A stretch of 64,000 bases of DNA from an uncultured Acidobacteriota bacterium (GCA_963753035.1 CAVWAW010000023.1:14944-78943); one strand, 5' to 3'; shown: positions 39,752-51,137, counted from the stretch's first letter. Made by a program: numbers and translations. The notes: generated by a model not told the origin, from the sequence alone.

Positions 39752-40926
39752 CCCTGCCCGTCCTCGCGGACCTCGATGGGGTCGAGGGCGCCCGGGTCCT
39801 GACCCGCCTCGATCTCAACGTGCCCATTTCCGATGGGGTGGTCCAGGACGACACCCGAATCATCGCCGCGCTGCCGACCCTCAGGTGGCTGGGCGAACGC
39901 GCGTCGGTAATTGCCGCCTGCTCCCACCTCGGCAAGGCCAAGGGGGTCCCGGACCCGGCTTACAGCCTGGCCCCGGTGGCGCCGGTCCTCGCCAACGCTC
40001 TCGGGCGCCCGGTTCGGTTTGTCGAGGACTGTCTCGACCCGTCCATCGCCGATGCCGAGTCAGGCACCATCCTGCTGTTGGAGAACCTCCGCTTCTACCC
40101 GGGCGAGAAGGCCGATGATCCCGACTTCGCCGCGAAGCTGACGGCGCCCTTCACGCACTATGTCAACGACGCCTTCGGCACCGCTCACCGGGCGCACGCC
40201 TCGGTTTCAGCCGCGCCGCGACGATTCCCGCGGGGACGAAAATCCGCCGGTTTTCTGATGGAGGCCGAGGTCGCCGCCCTATCGCGGGTGGTGACCGACC
40301 CTAAACAGCCGTTTGTCGCGGTGGTCGGTGGAGCAAAGATCTCCACCAAGACCGCCCCCCTCGAGGCCTTGCTCGACCGTGTCCGGACCCTGCTCATCGG
40401 CGGCGGGATGGCCAACACCTTTCTCAAGGCCCAGGGACACGAGATCGGTCGGTCTTTGGTCGAGGACGAGATGCTCGCCACCGCCCGGGCGGTCATGAAG
40501 AAGGCCGCCGCGCGGAGAATCGAACTTCTCATCCCCACCGATGTGGTCGTCGCGAATGATCTCGACAATCCATCGCGGGTCGAGGTCGTCGCTTCGGATG
40601 CGATTCCCGCCGATCTCATGGTTGTTGATCTCGGGCCCAAAAGTCGCGAGCGGTACGCCGAGGCACTGGCCGGGGCGAAGACGGTCTTCTGGAACGGCCC
40701 CATGGGGGTCTTCGAGATCGACGCCTTCGCCAAAGGAACCCTGGCCGTCGCCACCGCCATGGCGGTGAGCTCGGGCTTCACCGTGGTCGGCGGCGGTGAG
40801 TCGGTGCTGGCGATCCGCCGCGCCGGTGTGGTCGATCGCATCGATCACGTCTCCACCGGCGGCGGCGCCTCACTCAGTTTTCTGACCGGCGATCGCCTGC
40901 CGGCCCTGGCGGCATTGGAGGAATGA
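39748..40926 (+). CDS. pgk: phosphoglycerate kinase
   Basis: RLDLNVP...ENLRFYPGE...VVGGAKISTK...STGGGASL. Confidence 0.95.
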   Translation: MTLPVLADLDGVEGARVLTRLDLNVPISDGVVQDDTRIIAALPTLRWLGERASVIAACSHLGKAKGVPDPAYSLAPVAPVLANALGRPVRFVEDCLDPSIADAESGTILLLENLRFYPGEKADDPDFAAKLTAPFTHYVNDAFGTAHRAHASVSAAPRRFPRGRKSAGFLMEAEVAALSRVVTDPKQPFVAVVGGAKISTKTAPLEALLDRVRTLLIGGGMANTFLKAQGHEIGRSLVEDEMLATARAVMKKAAARRIELLIPTDVVVANDLDNPSRVEVVASDAIPADLMVVDLGPKSRERYAEALAGAKTVFWNGPMGVFEIDAFAKGTLAVATAMAVSSGFTVVGGGESVLAIRRAGVVDRIDHVSTGGGASLSFLTGDRLPALAALEE

Positions 40927-41684
40927 TGCGGAGATTTCTGATTGCCGGTAACTGGAAGATGCACAAGGGTGTCGGTGAGACCTCGGCGCTCATCGAGGGC
41001 CTGCTCGCAGCCGGTCCTTCGCCAAAGGTGGATGTCGTCGTCAGCCCTCCCTACACCTCCCTGCCGACCGCCGCCATGCTTCTGACCGGTTCCTCGATCG
41101 GTCTCGCAGCCCAGAATGTCCACTGGGAATCAAGCGGGGCCTTCACCGGCGAGATTTCGGGCGAGATGCTGAGAGAGCTCGGCGCCGAGTGGGTCATCGT
41201 CGGTCATTCCGAGCGACGCACCCTCTTTGGCGAGACCGACCGAACCGCCCGAGACCGCTCCCGCGCCGCCCAGCAGGCAGGCCTCAAGGTTATCTACTGC
41301 ATCGGCGAGACCCTCGAGGAGCGGGAGTCCGATCGGACCTTCCAGGTTCTCGAAAGTCAGACCGACGGTCTCGGCAGCCTTTCGAGCGCCGAGTTGGTCG
41401 TCGCTTACGAACCCGTGTGGGCCATCGGAACCGGTCGTACAGCTTCGCCGGAACAGGCCCAGGAAGCGCACGCGTTTATCCGTGGTTGTCTCGAGAGAGC
41501 CTTCTCCGTCGACGAAGCCGCCGGGATCCGAGTCCTCTACGGAGGCAGCCTCAAACCGGGAAACGCCCATGAATTGTTGTCCAAACCCGACGTCGATGGA
41601 GGTCTCATAGGTGGGGCCAGCCTTGACGTAGACTCGTTTTCCGCTATCATCCGCGCTGCGGCGGACTGCGCCGCGGGAGAGTAA
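40923..41684 (+). CDS. tpiA: triose-phosphate isomerase
   Basis: IAGNWKMHK...VIVGHSERR...AYEPVWAIGTG...YGGS. Confidence 0.95.
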   Translation: MMRRFLIAGNWKMHKGVGETSALIEGLLAAGPSPKVDVVVSPPYTSLPTAAMLLTGSSIGLAAQNVHWESSGAFTGEISGEMLRELGAEWVIVGHSERRTLFGETDRTARDRSRAAQQAGLKVIYCIGETLEERESDRTFQVLESQTDGLGSLSSAELVVAYEPVWAIGTGRTASPEQAQEAHAFIRGCLERAFSVDEAAGIRVLYGGSLKPGNAHELLSKPDVDGGLIGGASLDVDSFSAIIRAAADCAAGE

Positions 41685-41685
41685 T

Positions 41686-42099
41686 GTGACGGTTTTTCTT
41701 GTTGTCCTATACGTTCTGGTCTGCATTTTTCTGGTTCTGGTCGTCCTGCTCCAGCAGGGCAAGGGAGCCGATCTCGCCGGTGCTTTCGGCGGCGGCGGAA
41801 GCCAGACTTCATTCGGACCCCGCTCGGCGTCGAACATCATGCACCGCATGACCACCGTCTCGTTTGTCCTCTTCGTCGTGCTTTCACTGGCGCTGGCGAT
41901 TCTTTCGGGCAAGCAGAGCAAATCGGTCATGGAGGCGGTTGAGGCCCCGGTCATCCCCGTCGTCGAAGAGATGATGATCGAGGGGGACGCTATCGACGCT
42001 GCCATCGAGCCTCTGGCCGAAGAGATCATCGCAACCGACGAAGCGGTCGCCGATGACGCGGATGGCGAAACTGAAGATGTCCCGCCCTCGGACGATTAA
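41686..42099 (+). CDS. secG: preprotein translocase subunit SecG with long acidic C-terminal tail
   Basis: GTG start. VLLQQGKGADLAGAFGGGGSQTSFG signature, two TM helices, and the conserved tpiA-secG-tRNA-Leu order. Confidence 0.88.
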   Translation: MTVFLVVLYVLVCIFLVLVVLLQQGKGADLAGAFGGGGSQTSFGPRSASNIMHRMTTVSFVLFVVLSLALAILSGKQSKSVMEAVEAPVIPVVEEMMIEGDAIDAAIEPLAEEIIATDEAVADDADGETEDVPPSDD

Positions 42100-42142
42100 G
42101 AACTTGCCTTTCAAAGGCGAGATGATTAAGATCCTCTGCGCT

Positions 42143-42227
42143 GCCGAAGTGGCGGAATTGGTAGACGCGCACGGTTGAGGGCCGTGTGGAGCGATCCGTG
42201 CCGGTTCGAGTCCGGCCTTCGGCACCA
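42143..42227 (+). tRNA. tRNA-Leu (anticodon GAG), CCA encoded
   Basis: GCCGAAGTGGCGGAATTGGTAGACGCGCACGGTTGAGGGCCGTGTGGAGCGATCCGTGCCGGTTCGAGTCCGGCCTTCGGCACCA. Long variable arm; anticodon loop UUGAGGG. Confidence 0.92.
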
Positions 42228-42229
42228 AA

Positions 42230-42270
42230 TCAATGCGGGCCCGGTCTCTGAGAGACCGGGCCCGCATTGA
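42230..42270 (+). terminator. perfect 19-bp hairpin after tRNA-Leu
   Basis: TCAATGCGGGCCCGGTCTC-tga-GAGACCGGGCCCGCATTGA, followed by TTAGGG (weak U-tract). Confidence 0.6.
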
Positions 42271-42371
42271 TTAGGGCGACCTCTTTTCACACCTCTATCT
42301 TCCAGCGAGACTGTGACGCACGTCGCACCATCGGCGACCGCGTTTGATCCCAAACAGGCTATGATCCCGAG

Positions 42372-45300
42372 ATGAAGTCTCGACTCTTTGGCGCACTCAT
42401 GATCCTGATCGTCGTCTCGCTTGCCTTCGGCTCGCCGGTGGGCGGCATCGGAGCCCATCTCGCAACGCGACGATGAGAGCCGTTCCATCATCGAGCGAAT
42501 CAAGCTGTATCAGGAGCGCCACGGTGTCCGGGGCAGACTCGATTCAGACCAGATGCTCGAGCGGGCCCGATGGGGCTATGAGCGTTGGCTTGCCGCCGAG
42601 CACTCCCGCGCGACAAAGGGAACGATCGCCGAGGGCTGGGTGAGCCTCGGACCGGGAAACGGCGCGGGGCGGATGACCGCCTTGGCGCCCCACCCCGGCG
42701 TGGACGGAACCATCCTCGCCGGCGCGGCCAGCGGCGGGGTCTGGAAGACCATCGATGAGGGCCTGAGCTGGCGGCCCCTGACCGATGGTCTGGCCGATCT
42801 CTCGGTCGGCGCCCTGGCCATCGCACCCTCGAACCCGTCGGTGGTCTATATCGGCAGCGGCGAGGCCGGACTCGGGAGCTTTTTTGTCCCCGGGATCGGG
42901 CTTCTGCGATCCGACGACGGCGGCGAAACCTGGTTCCTGCCCCAGCCCGAGGAGATCGTCGCCGAGCAGTTCTTTGCCCTGTCGGTGGATCCGAGAAACG
43001 AGGACCACGTCCTCGCGGCCACCGAAAAGGGGCTCTTTCAAACCACCGATGGTGGTCTGAGCTGGGATCTTCGTCTCTCGCATCCCGATCTCTACGGTGT
43101 CACCGAGGTCATCCGGTCGGCGGCCGATCCGGATCGGCTGTGGTCGGCCCTGTGGTGCTTCAGCACTTGCCCCGATCCTCTGACGCGAGTCATGACCTCT
43201 GCGGATGCGGGGATGACCTGGGCGCCAGCTGCCGATGGTCTGCCCGACGCCCTGTTCAACAACCCCGTCGCCAACCGCATCGCTCTCGCCGCCGCGCCAT
43301 CGGACGACGAGGTTCTCTACACCGCCCTCAATACCTCGCGCTACACGCCTCAGGGACCTGAAGCTGCGATCTTCCGATCCTCCGATGGCGGATCGACCTG
43401 GACCAACACCAGCGATCCCGGAGCCTACCTGCTCTACCAGGGCTGGTACGACAACGCCATTACCGTCGATCCGACGGATCCGGACGTGGTGGTGGCCGCC
43501 GGTGTCTGGTATGTCCGGTCAACCGACGGCGGCGCCTCCTGGACCACCATGGATCCCATCGCCGCGGGCGACTGGATGGGCACCGAAACCCTGCCCCATG
43601 TCGACGGCCACGCCTTTGCCTGGCAGGGCGACAGCCTGTGGCTGGGATGCGACGGCGGAGTCTGGCTGTCCACCGATGGGGGATCCACCTGGGACGGCCG
43701 CAATGAAACGCTGGTAACCCGCCAGTACTATGGCCTCGACATCGATCCCATCCGTCAGGACCGCATCCTGGGCGGCACCCAGGACAACAAGACCAATCTC
43801 CGGTTTGGTCCCAGTGAGGACGACTGGGAGTGGGTGCTGGACGGGGACGGCTTCGACACGGCCATCAATCCCCTCGTGCCCGATCTGGTTTACGGCACCA
43901 TTTACGGCACCCTCGTTTTCCGCAGCACCGACGGTGGCTTTGTCTGGGAGAACATCTCGCCCACCACCGGCGGCGATCTCACTCCTTTCGCGACACCCCT
44001 GGTCATGAATTCGGACACGCCGTGGCAGCTGTTCACCGGTTCGAGCCGGGTTTGGGAGTCGACCGACGCCGGAACCTCCTGGAGTGCCCTCGGAACCGAG
44101 GTCACGGCCGGCGATTGGTCCATCGAGGTGATCCGAGCCATCGCCATCACCCCGGCCGATGCCACCCGTATGCTCATCGGCAAGGGTTCGGAGCTCTACA
44201 CGAGCTCGGACGGCGGCGCGTCCTGGCGGGTCTCGCCAATGACCAGTTTTGTCAACGCCGTAGCGCTTTCCCCACTCGATCCCGATCTCGCGGTGGCCGG
44301 TCTCGCCCGCACCCCGTCGGGAGAGCCCCAGCTCCTGCGCACCTCGGACGGTGGTCACACCTGGCACGGAGCCGATGCCGGTCTGCCTCCATTCGCCGTC
44401 CAGGCCCTGCGCTGGCACCCGAATGACCCCGATCTCGTCTTCGCCGGCACCGATGTCGGTCTCTACCGTTCGACGGACGGTGGTCTGAGCTGGCTGCCCG
44501 ACGGCGACGGTCTCCCTTCAGCCTCGGTCCACGATATCCGGATCGCCGAGGACGGCTCGCGCATCCTGGTGGCCTCGCACGGCCGCGGTATCTGGGAACT
44601 GCGTCTCTCCGACCCGGTGGGCGAATCGCCGTTGGTCACCCTCGACGGCCCCGTGCTCGCAGTCATCGGAGAACCGGTGGTTTTCTTCGCCAACGCCATC
44701 GACCCCGATGGTGACGAGCTCGAGCTGCGGTGGGTCCACTCCGACCCCTGGCAGCTCCAACCTGCCGCGTTGGGTTCGGGCACGGTGTCCTCGGCACTGC
44801 CGCACCGCTTTGCCTCGGGTGGAGAATATCTGGTGGCCGCCAACGCCATCGACTCCACCGGACGGACGGGTTTCGACTCCATCTTCGTGACGGCCTACGA
44901 ACCCGGGGATGACTGCTCGACGCCACGGGTCATACCCGGCGACGGCCCGTTTCCCTACACGATTCTCACCGAAAATCACGGCGCCACCGTTGGCGCCGAA
45001 GATCCCGAGGTGCCGTGCACCACGTGGCCCGGCGACCCGAACTCGGGCCGTTGGGCGTCGATCTGGCTCGAGTTCACCCCCGAGGTGAGCGGCACCTACA
45101 CCTTCTCGACCTGCGGCTCGGTGCCCGACACCGCGCTCTCCGTCTGGACCGGGCCTTCCTGCGGTCCGTACGAACCCGTCACCGGGGCCTGCAACGACGA
45201 CGACCGGCTGAGAAACTGCCCTGGCCGAGACACCGACTCTTGGCTCGAACTCGAACTCGAAGCCGATTCAACCATCCGGGTCATGCTCGGGGCCACCAAC

Positions 45301-46710
45301 GATGACGAAATCGGCGATCTCCGGATCACCGTCGACTGCCCCTCGTGCCGACCGCCGCCCGATCACTCGAGCCTTCTGGTCTCGGCGGCGGCCCGTACTT
45401 CGGGTTCCCAGAGCAGCTTTTGGACCTCGAACCTGCAGCTGGTCAACGCCGGCGGTGAGGCGGCCACCACCTCCGTCGAGCTCCTTCCCGGTCCCGGCAC
45501 CACTCCCGCCACGGAAAGTTATGATCTCGCCCCCGGCGAAGCGATGACCCTCGATGATGTGGTGGGCGATCTGGTGGGAGGCCGCGGGTCCGGCGCCCTG
45601 CGGCTCACGTCCACAGGAGCCATGGCCGCAACCACCCGAACCTCAACCGCGGGGGATGCAGGTAGTTATGGCCAGGGTATCCCGGCGGCCGGTGAAGCCG
45701 TCATTGCATCGGTCGGAGCGGCTGTGCGGCTCTTCGGCTTCCCGGGTGATCCCGCGTTCCGGACCAATCTCGGTCTCGTCAACCCGGGGACCGACGAGGT
45801 CGACCTCATCATCCGTTTCTACGACCACGAAACCAACGAACTCGCCGATGACCACCGGACCCTCTCCGGCGGGAGTTGGATCCAGTTCAACCGGATCTTC
45901 GAAGACCTCGAGATTGCCGCCGAGGCGGCGCTCGTCGTCATCCGCCAGACCTCCATCAAGGGCAGTTTCTCTGGTTACGCCTCGGTGGTGGACGAACGCA
46001 CCAGCGACCCGACCTATCTCGGCCCCACCGGCATCGGTCGAGTCGGCGATCCGTTGTGGATCTCCGCGGTCGCCCATACCACCGGCGTCGGCGGCGCCCA
46101 GTGGCGCACCGATCTCACCCTCTTCAACCCGGGGACCGGCGATCTCATCACGAGTCTCGAGCTCCTCGGTCCGGATGGCGTCCTGGCCTCGACCAACGTG
46201 CACGTGCCGAAGGGTTGGGTCATCAGCTTTCCTGATGTGGTCGCCGAGACCCTCGGCGCTTCCGGCGCCGGCGCGCTGCGGATCAGCCCGACCCTCGGCA
46301 TCGTCATGGCCAGCAGCCGCACCTATGCGACGACGCCCGACGGCAGCTATGGCCAGGGCATCCCCGGGGTGACCGAGGGCGACGTCTTCACCGACGGCGA
46401 ACGCGGGTTTCTTCCCGGTTTGCGACAGGACGGAGTTTTTCGAACCAACATCGGCTTTGCCAACACCGGTGATGAGCCCGTGGACATCGACGTCGCAGCC
46501 CACGCGGCCGATGGCGGCGCGATCCAGACCGCGAGCTATCGCGTTGAAGGATCATCGTGGGTGCAACTGAATCAACCCCTGCCCGATGGAACCGCGTACG
46601 CAACCGTCACGAGCGCCACACCGGGAGCGCGCTACCTGGCCTACGCCTCGGTCGTCGATCGCGAGACCGACGATCCAACCTATATCGCCGCGGTCCGCGC
46701 GGCAGAATGA
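42372..46710 (+). CDS. large secreted Asp-box (BNR) beta-propeller protein with a pre-peptidase-C-like domain and two C-terminal copies of the ~200-aa module; signal peptide out of frame (+1 disruption between about 42421 and 42474)
   Basis: Eleven SxDxGxTW-type boxes (SDDGGETW, TTDGGLSW, SADAGMTW, SSDGGSTW, STDGGASW and others). MKSRLFGALMILIVVSLAFGSPVGG, encoded from ATG 42372, stops at 42474. The main 1429-aa frame opens at 42421. Confidence 0.8.
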
Positions 46711-46814
46711 ACCGCAAGCTATCAGGTATCAGCAAATAGTTTGGGTCTTCCCAGGGTCTGTGCAAGCGCCCCATTGCGATAAAGCTGAGGGCGATCGCTA
46801 TGCGTCTTGCGGCG

Positions 46815-48512
46815 TCAGCTGCGCTTCTGCTGCGCCTGCTGCTTCTTGACCCTTGCCCAGGTGTCACGCAGGGTGACGATCCGGTTGAAGACCGGCGCAT
46901 CCGACCCGGAATCGATGTCCGGCGCGAAGTAACCGAGTCGCTCGAACTGGACCTGTTCGCCGGGCGCAAAGGCCGCGAGGCTCGGTTCGAGCTTGCAGCC
47001 GGACCGTATTTCGAGTGAGTTCGGGTTGAGGTCATCGACAAAATCGCCGGCGGCGCCGGGGATCTCGACCTCGAAGAGATGGTCATAGAGCCGGACTTCG
47101 GCGTCCACGGCATCGGCCGCGGAGACCCAGTGGAGGGTCGCCTTGACCTTACGGCCATCGGGCGAATCGCCGCCCTTGGTGGCGGGGTCGTAGGTACAAC
47201 GGAGCTCAACGACCTCGCCGGCGTCGTTCTTCACGACCTCGTTGCAGGTGATGAAGTAGGCGTAGCGCAACCGTACCTCACGCCCGGGGGCGAGGCGGTA
47301 GAACTTCTTCGGCGGGTCCTCCATGAAGTCTTCGTGTTCGATATAGAGCTCCCGGCCAAAGGGCACCATCCGTGTTCCGGCGTCGGGGTCCTCCGGGTTG
47401 TTGATCGCCTCGAGCTCTTCGCTCTCACCCTCGGGGTAATTGGTGATGACGACCTTGAGCGGATCGAGCACCGCCATGCGTCGCTGGGCCTCGATGTTGA
47501 GGATCTCGCGGATGCAGTGTTCAAACAGGGCATAGTCGACGACGCTGTCGCGCTTGGCGAGCCCGACCTTGTCGATGAGGTTGCGGATCGCCGCCGGGGG
47601 GACGCCGCGGCGGCGGATCCCCGACAGGGTCGGCATCCTGGGGTCGTCCCAACCGTTGACGTGGCCCTCCTTGACCAATCTGAGGAGCTTGCGTTTCGAC
47701 AGCACGGTTGAGCTGAGATTGAGCCGGGCGAACTCGATCTGGCGGGGCGCCGAAGGCACCGAGAGGTTGGCGACAAACCAGTCATAGAGAGGACGGTGGC
47801 CCTCGAACTCGAGCGTGCACAGCGAGTGTGTGATGTGCTCGATGGCATCGGACTGGCCATGGGCGAAGTCATAGGTCGGGTAGATGCACCAGGCATCGCC
47901 GGTACGCGGGTGGTCGGCATGGAGGATCCGGTAGATCACCGGATCGCGGAGGTTGATGTTGCCCGACGCCATGTCGATCTTGGCCCGCAATACCCGCTCG
48001 CCATCTGGAAACTCGCCCGCACGCATCCGGCGGAACAAATCGAGGTTTTCAGCGACGGTTCGATCGCGGTAGGGACTCGGCCGGCCGGGCTCGGTGAGCG
48101 TGCCGCGATGCTCGCGGATCTCCTCGGCCGAGAGATCATCGACATAGGCCAGACCGGCCTCGACCAACTCCTCGGCCCAGCCGTAGAGCCGCTCGAAGTA
48201 GTCCGAGGCGAAGTACAGGTTCTCGCCCCAGTCGAAGCCGAGCCAGCGGACGTCCTCCTGGATCGAATCGATGTACTCCATCTCCTCCTTCATGGGGTTG
48301 GTGTCGTCGAACCGGAGGTGGCAGCGGCCGCCGGTCTCCGCGGCAATCCCGAAGTTGAGGCAGATCGACTTGGAGTGGCCCATGTGGAGATAGCCGTTGG
48401 GCTCGGGTGGGAACCGCGTGACGGTCCCTTCGTGTTTTCCCGAGGCCAGATCGTCGCGGATGATATCGCGGATAAAGTCCGAGGACTCCTTGGGTGTGTC
48501 GTTGTTCATCAT
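46815..48512 (-). CDS. glnS: glutamine--tRNA ligase
   Basis: [24 protein letters not shown] (HIGH motif) and the VLSKRKL (KMSKS-type) motif; 565 aa. Confidence 0.95.
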   Translation of the reverse strand: MMNNDTPKESSDFIRDIIRDDLASGKHEGTVTRFPPEPNGYLHMGHSKSICLNFGIAAETGGRCHLRFDDTNPMKEEMEYIDSIQEDVRWLGFDWGENLYFASDYFERLYGWAEELVEAGLAYVDDLSAEEIREHRGTLTEPGRPSPYRDRTVAENLDLFRRMRAGEFPDGERVLRAKIDMASGNINLRDPVIYRILHADHPRTGDAWCIYPTYDFAHGQSDAIEHITHSLCTLEFEGHRPLYDWFVANLSVPSAPRQIEFARLNLSSTVLSKRKLLRLVKEGHVNGWDDPRMPTLSGIRRRGVPPAAIRNLIDKVGLAKRDSVVDYALFEHCIREILNIEAQRRMAVLDPLKVVITNYPEGESEELEAINNPEDPDAGTRMVPFGRELYIEHEDFMEDPPKKFYRLAPGREVRLRYAYFITCNEVVKNDAGEVVELRCTYDPATKGGDSPDGRKVKATLHWVSAADAVDAEVRLYDHLFEVEIPGAAGDFVDDLNPNSLEIRSGCKLEPSLAAFAPGEQVQFERLGYFAPDIDSGSDAPVFNRIVTLRDTWARVKKQQAQQKRS

Positions 48513-48519
48513 TTTCCCA

Positions 48520-49975
48520 TCAGGCTTTCATGGTCCGCAGCACCTCGATGGCGCTTCGCAGACGCCATCGGCAGATCTCCTTGCCGAGGACCGCCATGGT
48601 GTCAAACAACGGCGGTGTCGCCACCCTTCCGGTGACGGCGATTCGGATCGGCATGAAGAGTTCCTTTGGTTTGAGCTCGGCGCCCTCGCAGAAGCCGCGC
48701 AGCGCCTCCTCGATGTCGCCGACCGACCAGTCGAGGATGGGATCCAGGGCCTCCTCGAGCAGGAGCCGGAAAATCTTTGCAGTCTGCGGTGGGGTGCGAT
48801 CCCGCATGACCATCTTGGTCTTGGCCGCGTCGTCGTAGTCGACCCCCCCGACAAAAAAGAAGTCCGTGTAGGAGAAGAATTCGGCAAGAGTCTCAATGCG
48901 TTCGTGGGCCAGCGGCAGGACCTCGAGAAGATAGCGGTCGCTGAGCAGGCCGGTCCGCAGGCGAAGCAAGAGGTCTTCAGAACTGCAGACTCCTGATGTG
49001 CTTTCCATTCAGCCAGCTCAACTTGGTCAGATCAAAGACCGGGCCACCGAGACTGATGTCTTCCAGGCGAAAGGCCTCGACGAACTCCTGGAGGGAAAAT
49101 TCCTCGCGCTCGTCGGGCATGGCCCAGCCCATGAGGGCGAGATAGTTGAGCATGGCCTCGGGCAGATAGCCCGCCCGGCGGAAGTAGTTCAGACTCACCG
49201 GGTTCTTGCGTTTCGAGATCTTCGATTTGTCGGCGTTGCGCAGCAGCGGCAGATGGCAGAAGACCGGCGTTTCCCAGCCGAACGCCCGGTAGAGCTGGAC
49301 GTGTTTGGGCAGCGACGAGATCCATTCCTCGGCGCGGATGACGTGGGTGATCTCCATGAGGTGGTCATCGACGACGTTGGCGAGGTGATAGGTGGGGTAG
49401 CCGTCCGATTTGACGAGCACCTGATCGTCGATCTGCACCGCTTCGAAGCTCACTTCGCCGCGGAGCAGGTCATCAACGACGATCTCACCTTCGGTGGGCA
49501 TGGCGAGGCGGATGACGTGGGCCTCGCCCGCCGCCCGCCGCCGCTCCGCTTCGTCCTTGTCGATGGACCGGCAGTGACCGTCGTAACCGAACCGCCCCTT
49601 GGCTGCCTTCTGTTCGGCGCGGAGCTCCTCGAGCCGTTCCCGGGTGCAGAAACACGGGTAGGCGTGCCCGCTCGCCACGAGCATCTCGGCGTGCATGGTG
49701 TAGATCTCCGAGCGCTCGCTCTGACGATAGGGGCCGAATGGGCCGCCGACATCCGGGCCCTCGTCCCAGTCGAGACCGAGCCAGCGCAGGGCATCGAAGA
49801 TCATCGACTCGCTCTCGGTTGTGCTGCGCTGTTGGTCGGTGTCCTCGATGCGCAGGACAAACTGACCGCCGCTCTGACGAGCGAGGGCGTAGTTGAAGAG
49901 CGCGACATAGGCGGTTCCCACATGGGGGTCGCCGGTGGGGCTCGGAGCGATTCGGGTGCGCACGACTTCAGTCAT
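48520..49975 (-). CDS. gltX: glutamate--tRNA ligase, split by a single extra base near 48985
   Basis: The N-terminal ORF (48977-49975) reads [16 protein letters not shown]...KISKRKN...[14 protein letters not shown]-stop. The adjacent frame continues [14 protein letters not shown]...[23 protein letters not shown] to 48520. The junction reads IRSL|SSEDLL once one nucleotide is removed. Confidence 0.85.
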
Positions 49976-50036
49976 GGAATGTCCTCGCGGTCTCGGATTA
50001 TAAGAAACGCCGCCTCAGGGGCGGCGGGGGATTTCA

Positions 50037-50129
<93 letters not shown>

Positions 50130-50212
50130 GGCCGGGAGGGGTATTGTACGCACAGACCCTGTGACTGTAAAGAGAGCGCTCCGCAGAGACGCTCTCCCGC
50201 GTCCGCGTCCGG

Positions 50213-50416
50213 TCCCGATCCCGTTCCCGATCCCGTATCCCGATCCCGATCCCGATGGTGCAGTGGCTGCGTCCGAGGCTGCGTCAGGTCACGCTGCCTA
50301 TCTACTGCCGCGACCGCGGACGCTGCTCCTGCCTCGGCCCCGGTCGCTGCCGCTGTCCCGGGCGCTGTCACGGCCCCGGCCGCGGAAACGGATACGGATA
50401 CGGATACGGATACGGA
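50213..50416. repeat. hexamer microsatellite pair in inverted arrangement: (CCCGWT)n at 50213-50256 and (CGGATA)n at 50388-50416
   Basis: The left run is TCCCGATCCCGTTCCCGATCCCGTATCCCGATCCCGATCCCGAT. The right run is ACGGATACGGATACGGATACGGATACGG. Related hexamers occur at 2028-2043, 6166-6242, 30298-30318 and 63168-63250. Confidence 0.8.
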
Positions 50417-50432
50417 CGCCCGATTCTTTCAG

Positions 50433-50672
50433 CCCCGGCCTTCTGGGCCGCCCTTGGCGACCCAGCGTCGCATGAGCAGCGTGGTCACACGAGGGTCGAT
50501 TGAAAGGGCTGCGACCACGCTGCTCATGCGCCGGCGGCCTCCTTCTGAGCTTGAGCAGAAGACTTCAAGGCGCCTCCCGAGGGAGCCCGGTCGGCATTTG
50601 TGCGTGATGCGCTGCATTGCCGGGAGGTCGCGCTGGCACAAATGCGGACCCGGCACGCCCGGTGTGGCGCGT
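50433..50672 (-). repeat. mosaic repeat copy R6 (inverted; H2, H1, B)
   Basis: CCCCGGCCTTCTGGG, H2 at 50445-50463, and H1 at 50471-50528 (stem CATGAGCAGCGTGGTC). Module B is CATTTGTGC/GCACAAATG (about 50596-50645). Confidence 0.8.
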
Positions 50673-50743
50673 TCTCCTGGTGCCCAGCTATGACCCTCGA
50701 TCACTCTCGAGTAGAATCACCACGCGCGCTTTCGCGCGCAATC

Positions 50744-50831
50744 GGAGGGATGGCCGAGTGGTCGAAGGCGCTGGTCTTGAAAACCAGTGAGGTGCAAGCC
50801 TCCGTGGGTTCGAATCCCACTCCCTCCGCCA
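50744..50831 (+). tRNA. tRNA-Ser (anticodon UGA), CCA encoded
   Basis: GGAGGGATGGCCGAGTGGTCGAAGGCGCTGGTCTTGAAAACCAGTGAGGTGCAAGCCTCCGTGGGTTCGAATCCCACTCCCTCCGCCA. Anticodon loop CUUGAAA. Confidence 0.92.
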
Positions 50832-51137
50832 GCAATTCGTCGGACGAATTGCGGCGGCGCTCACCGGGTTCGCGCCGATAGGAACCGTCTCAGGGGCTGG
50901 GACCGAGTCAGCTTCCGGCACCGCGTTCGGGGCAGCTGACGGCGGCACCGTCCGCATCCGTGCCTGTGCCCGAGACCATGACCGATGAATCCTCGGTCCG
51001 TGAACCCGTTTTTGGCCCCGGCACCCTCTGGCCCCCTTCCGGGAGTCAACACGCCGCAGAGTTCTGAGAAAGCGTCATGTCATACTGATTGTGGTTTGTG
51101 CCCGCCACGCTTAGGACTCGGGAGGAGACTCGACGAT

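Noticed and set aside
50213-50416. A possible CRISPR array, suggested by the many short repeats here and at 63130-63280 and 22480-22700.
   Set aside because: The units are 6-10 nt tandem microsatellites or hairpin arms. There is no 25-40 nt repeat alternating with unique spacers of similar length, and there are no cas genes.
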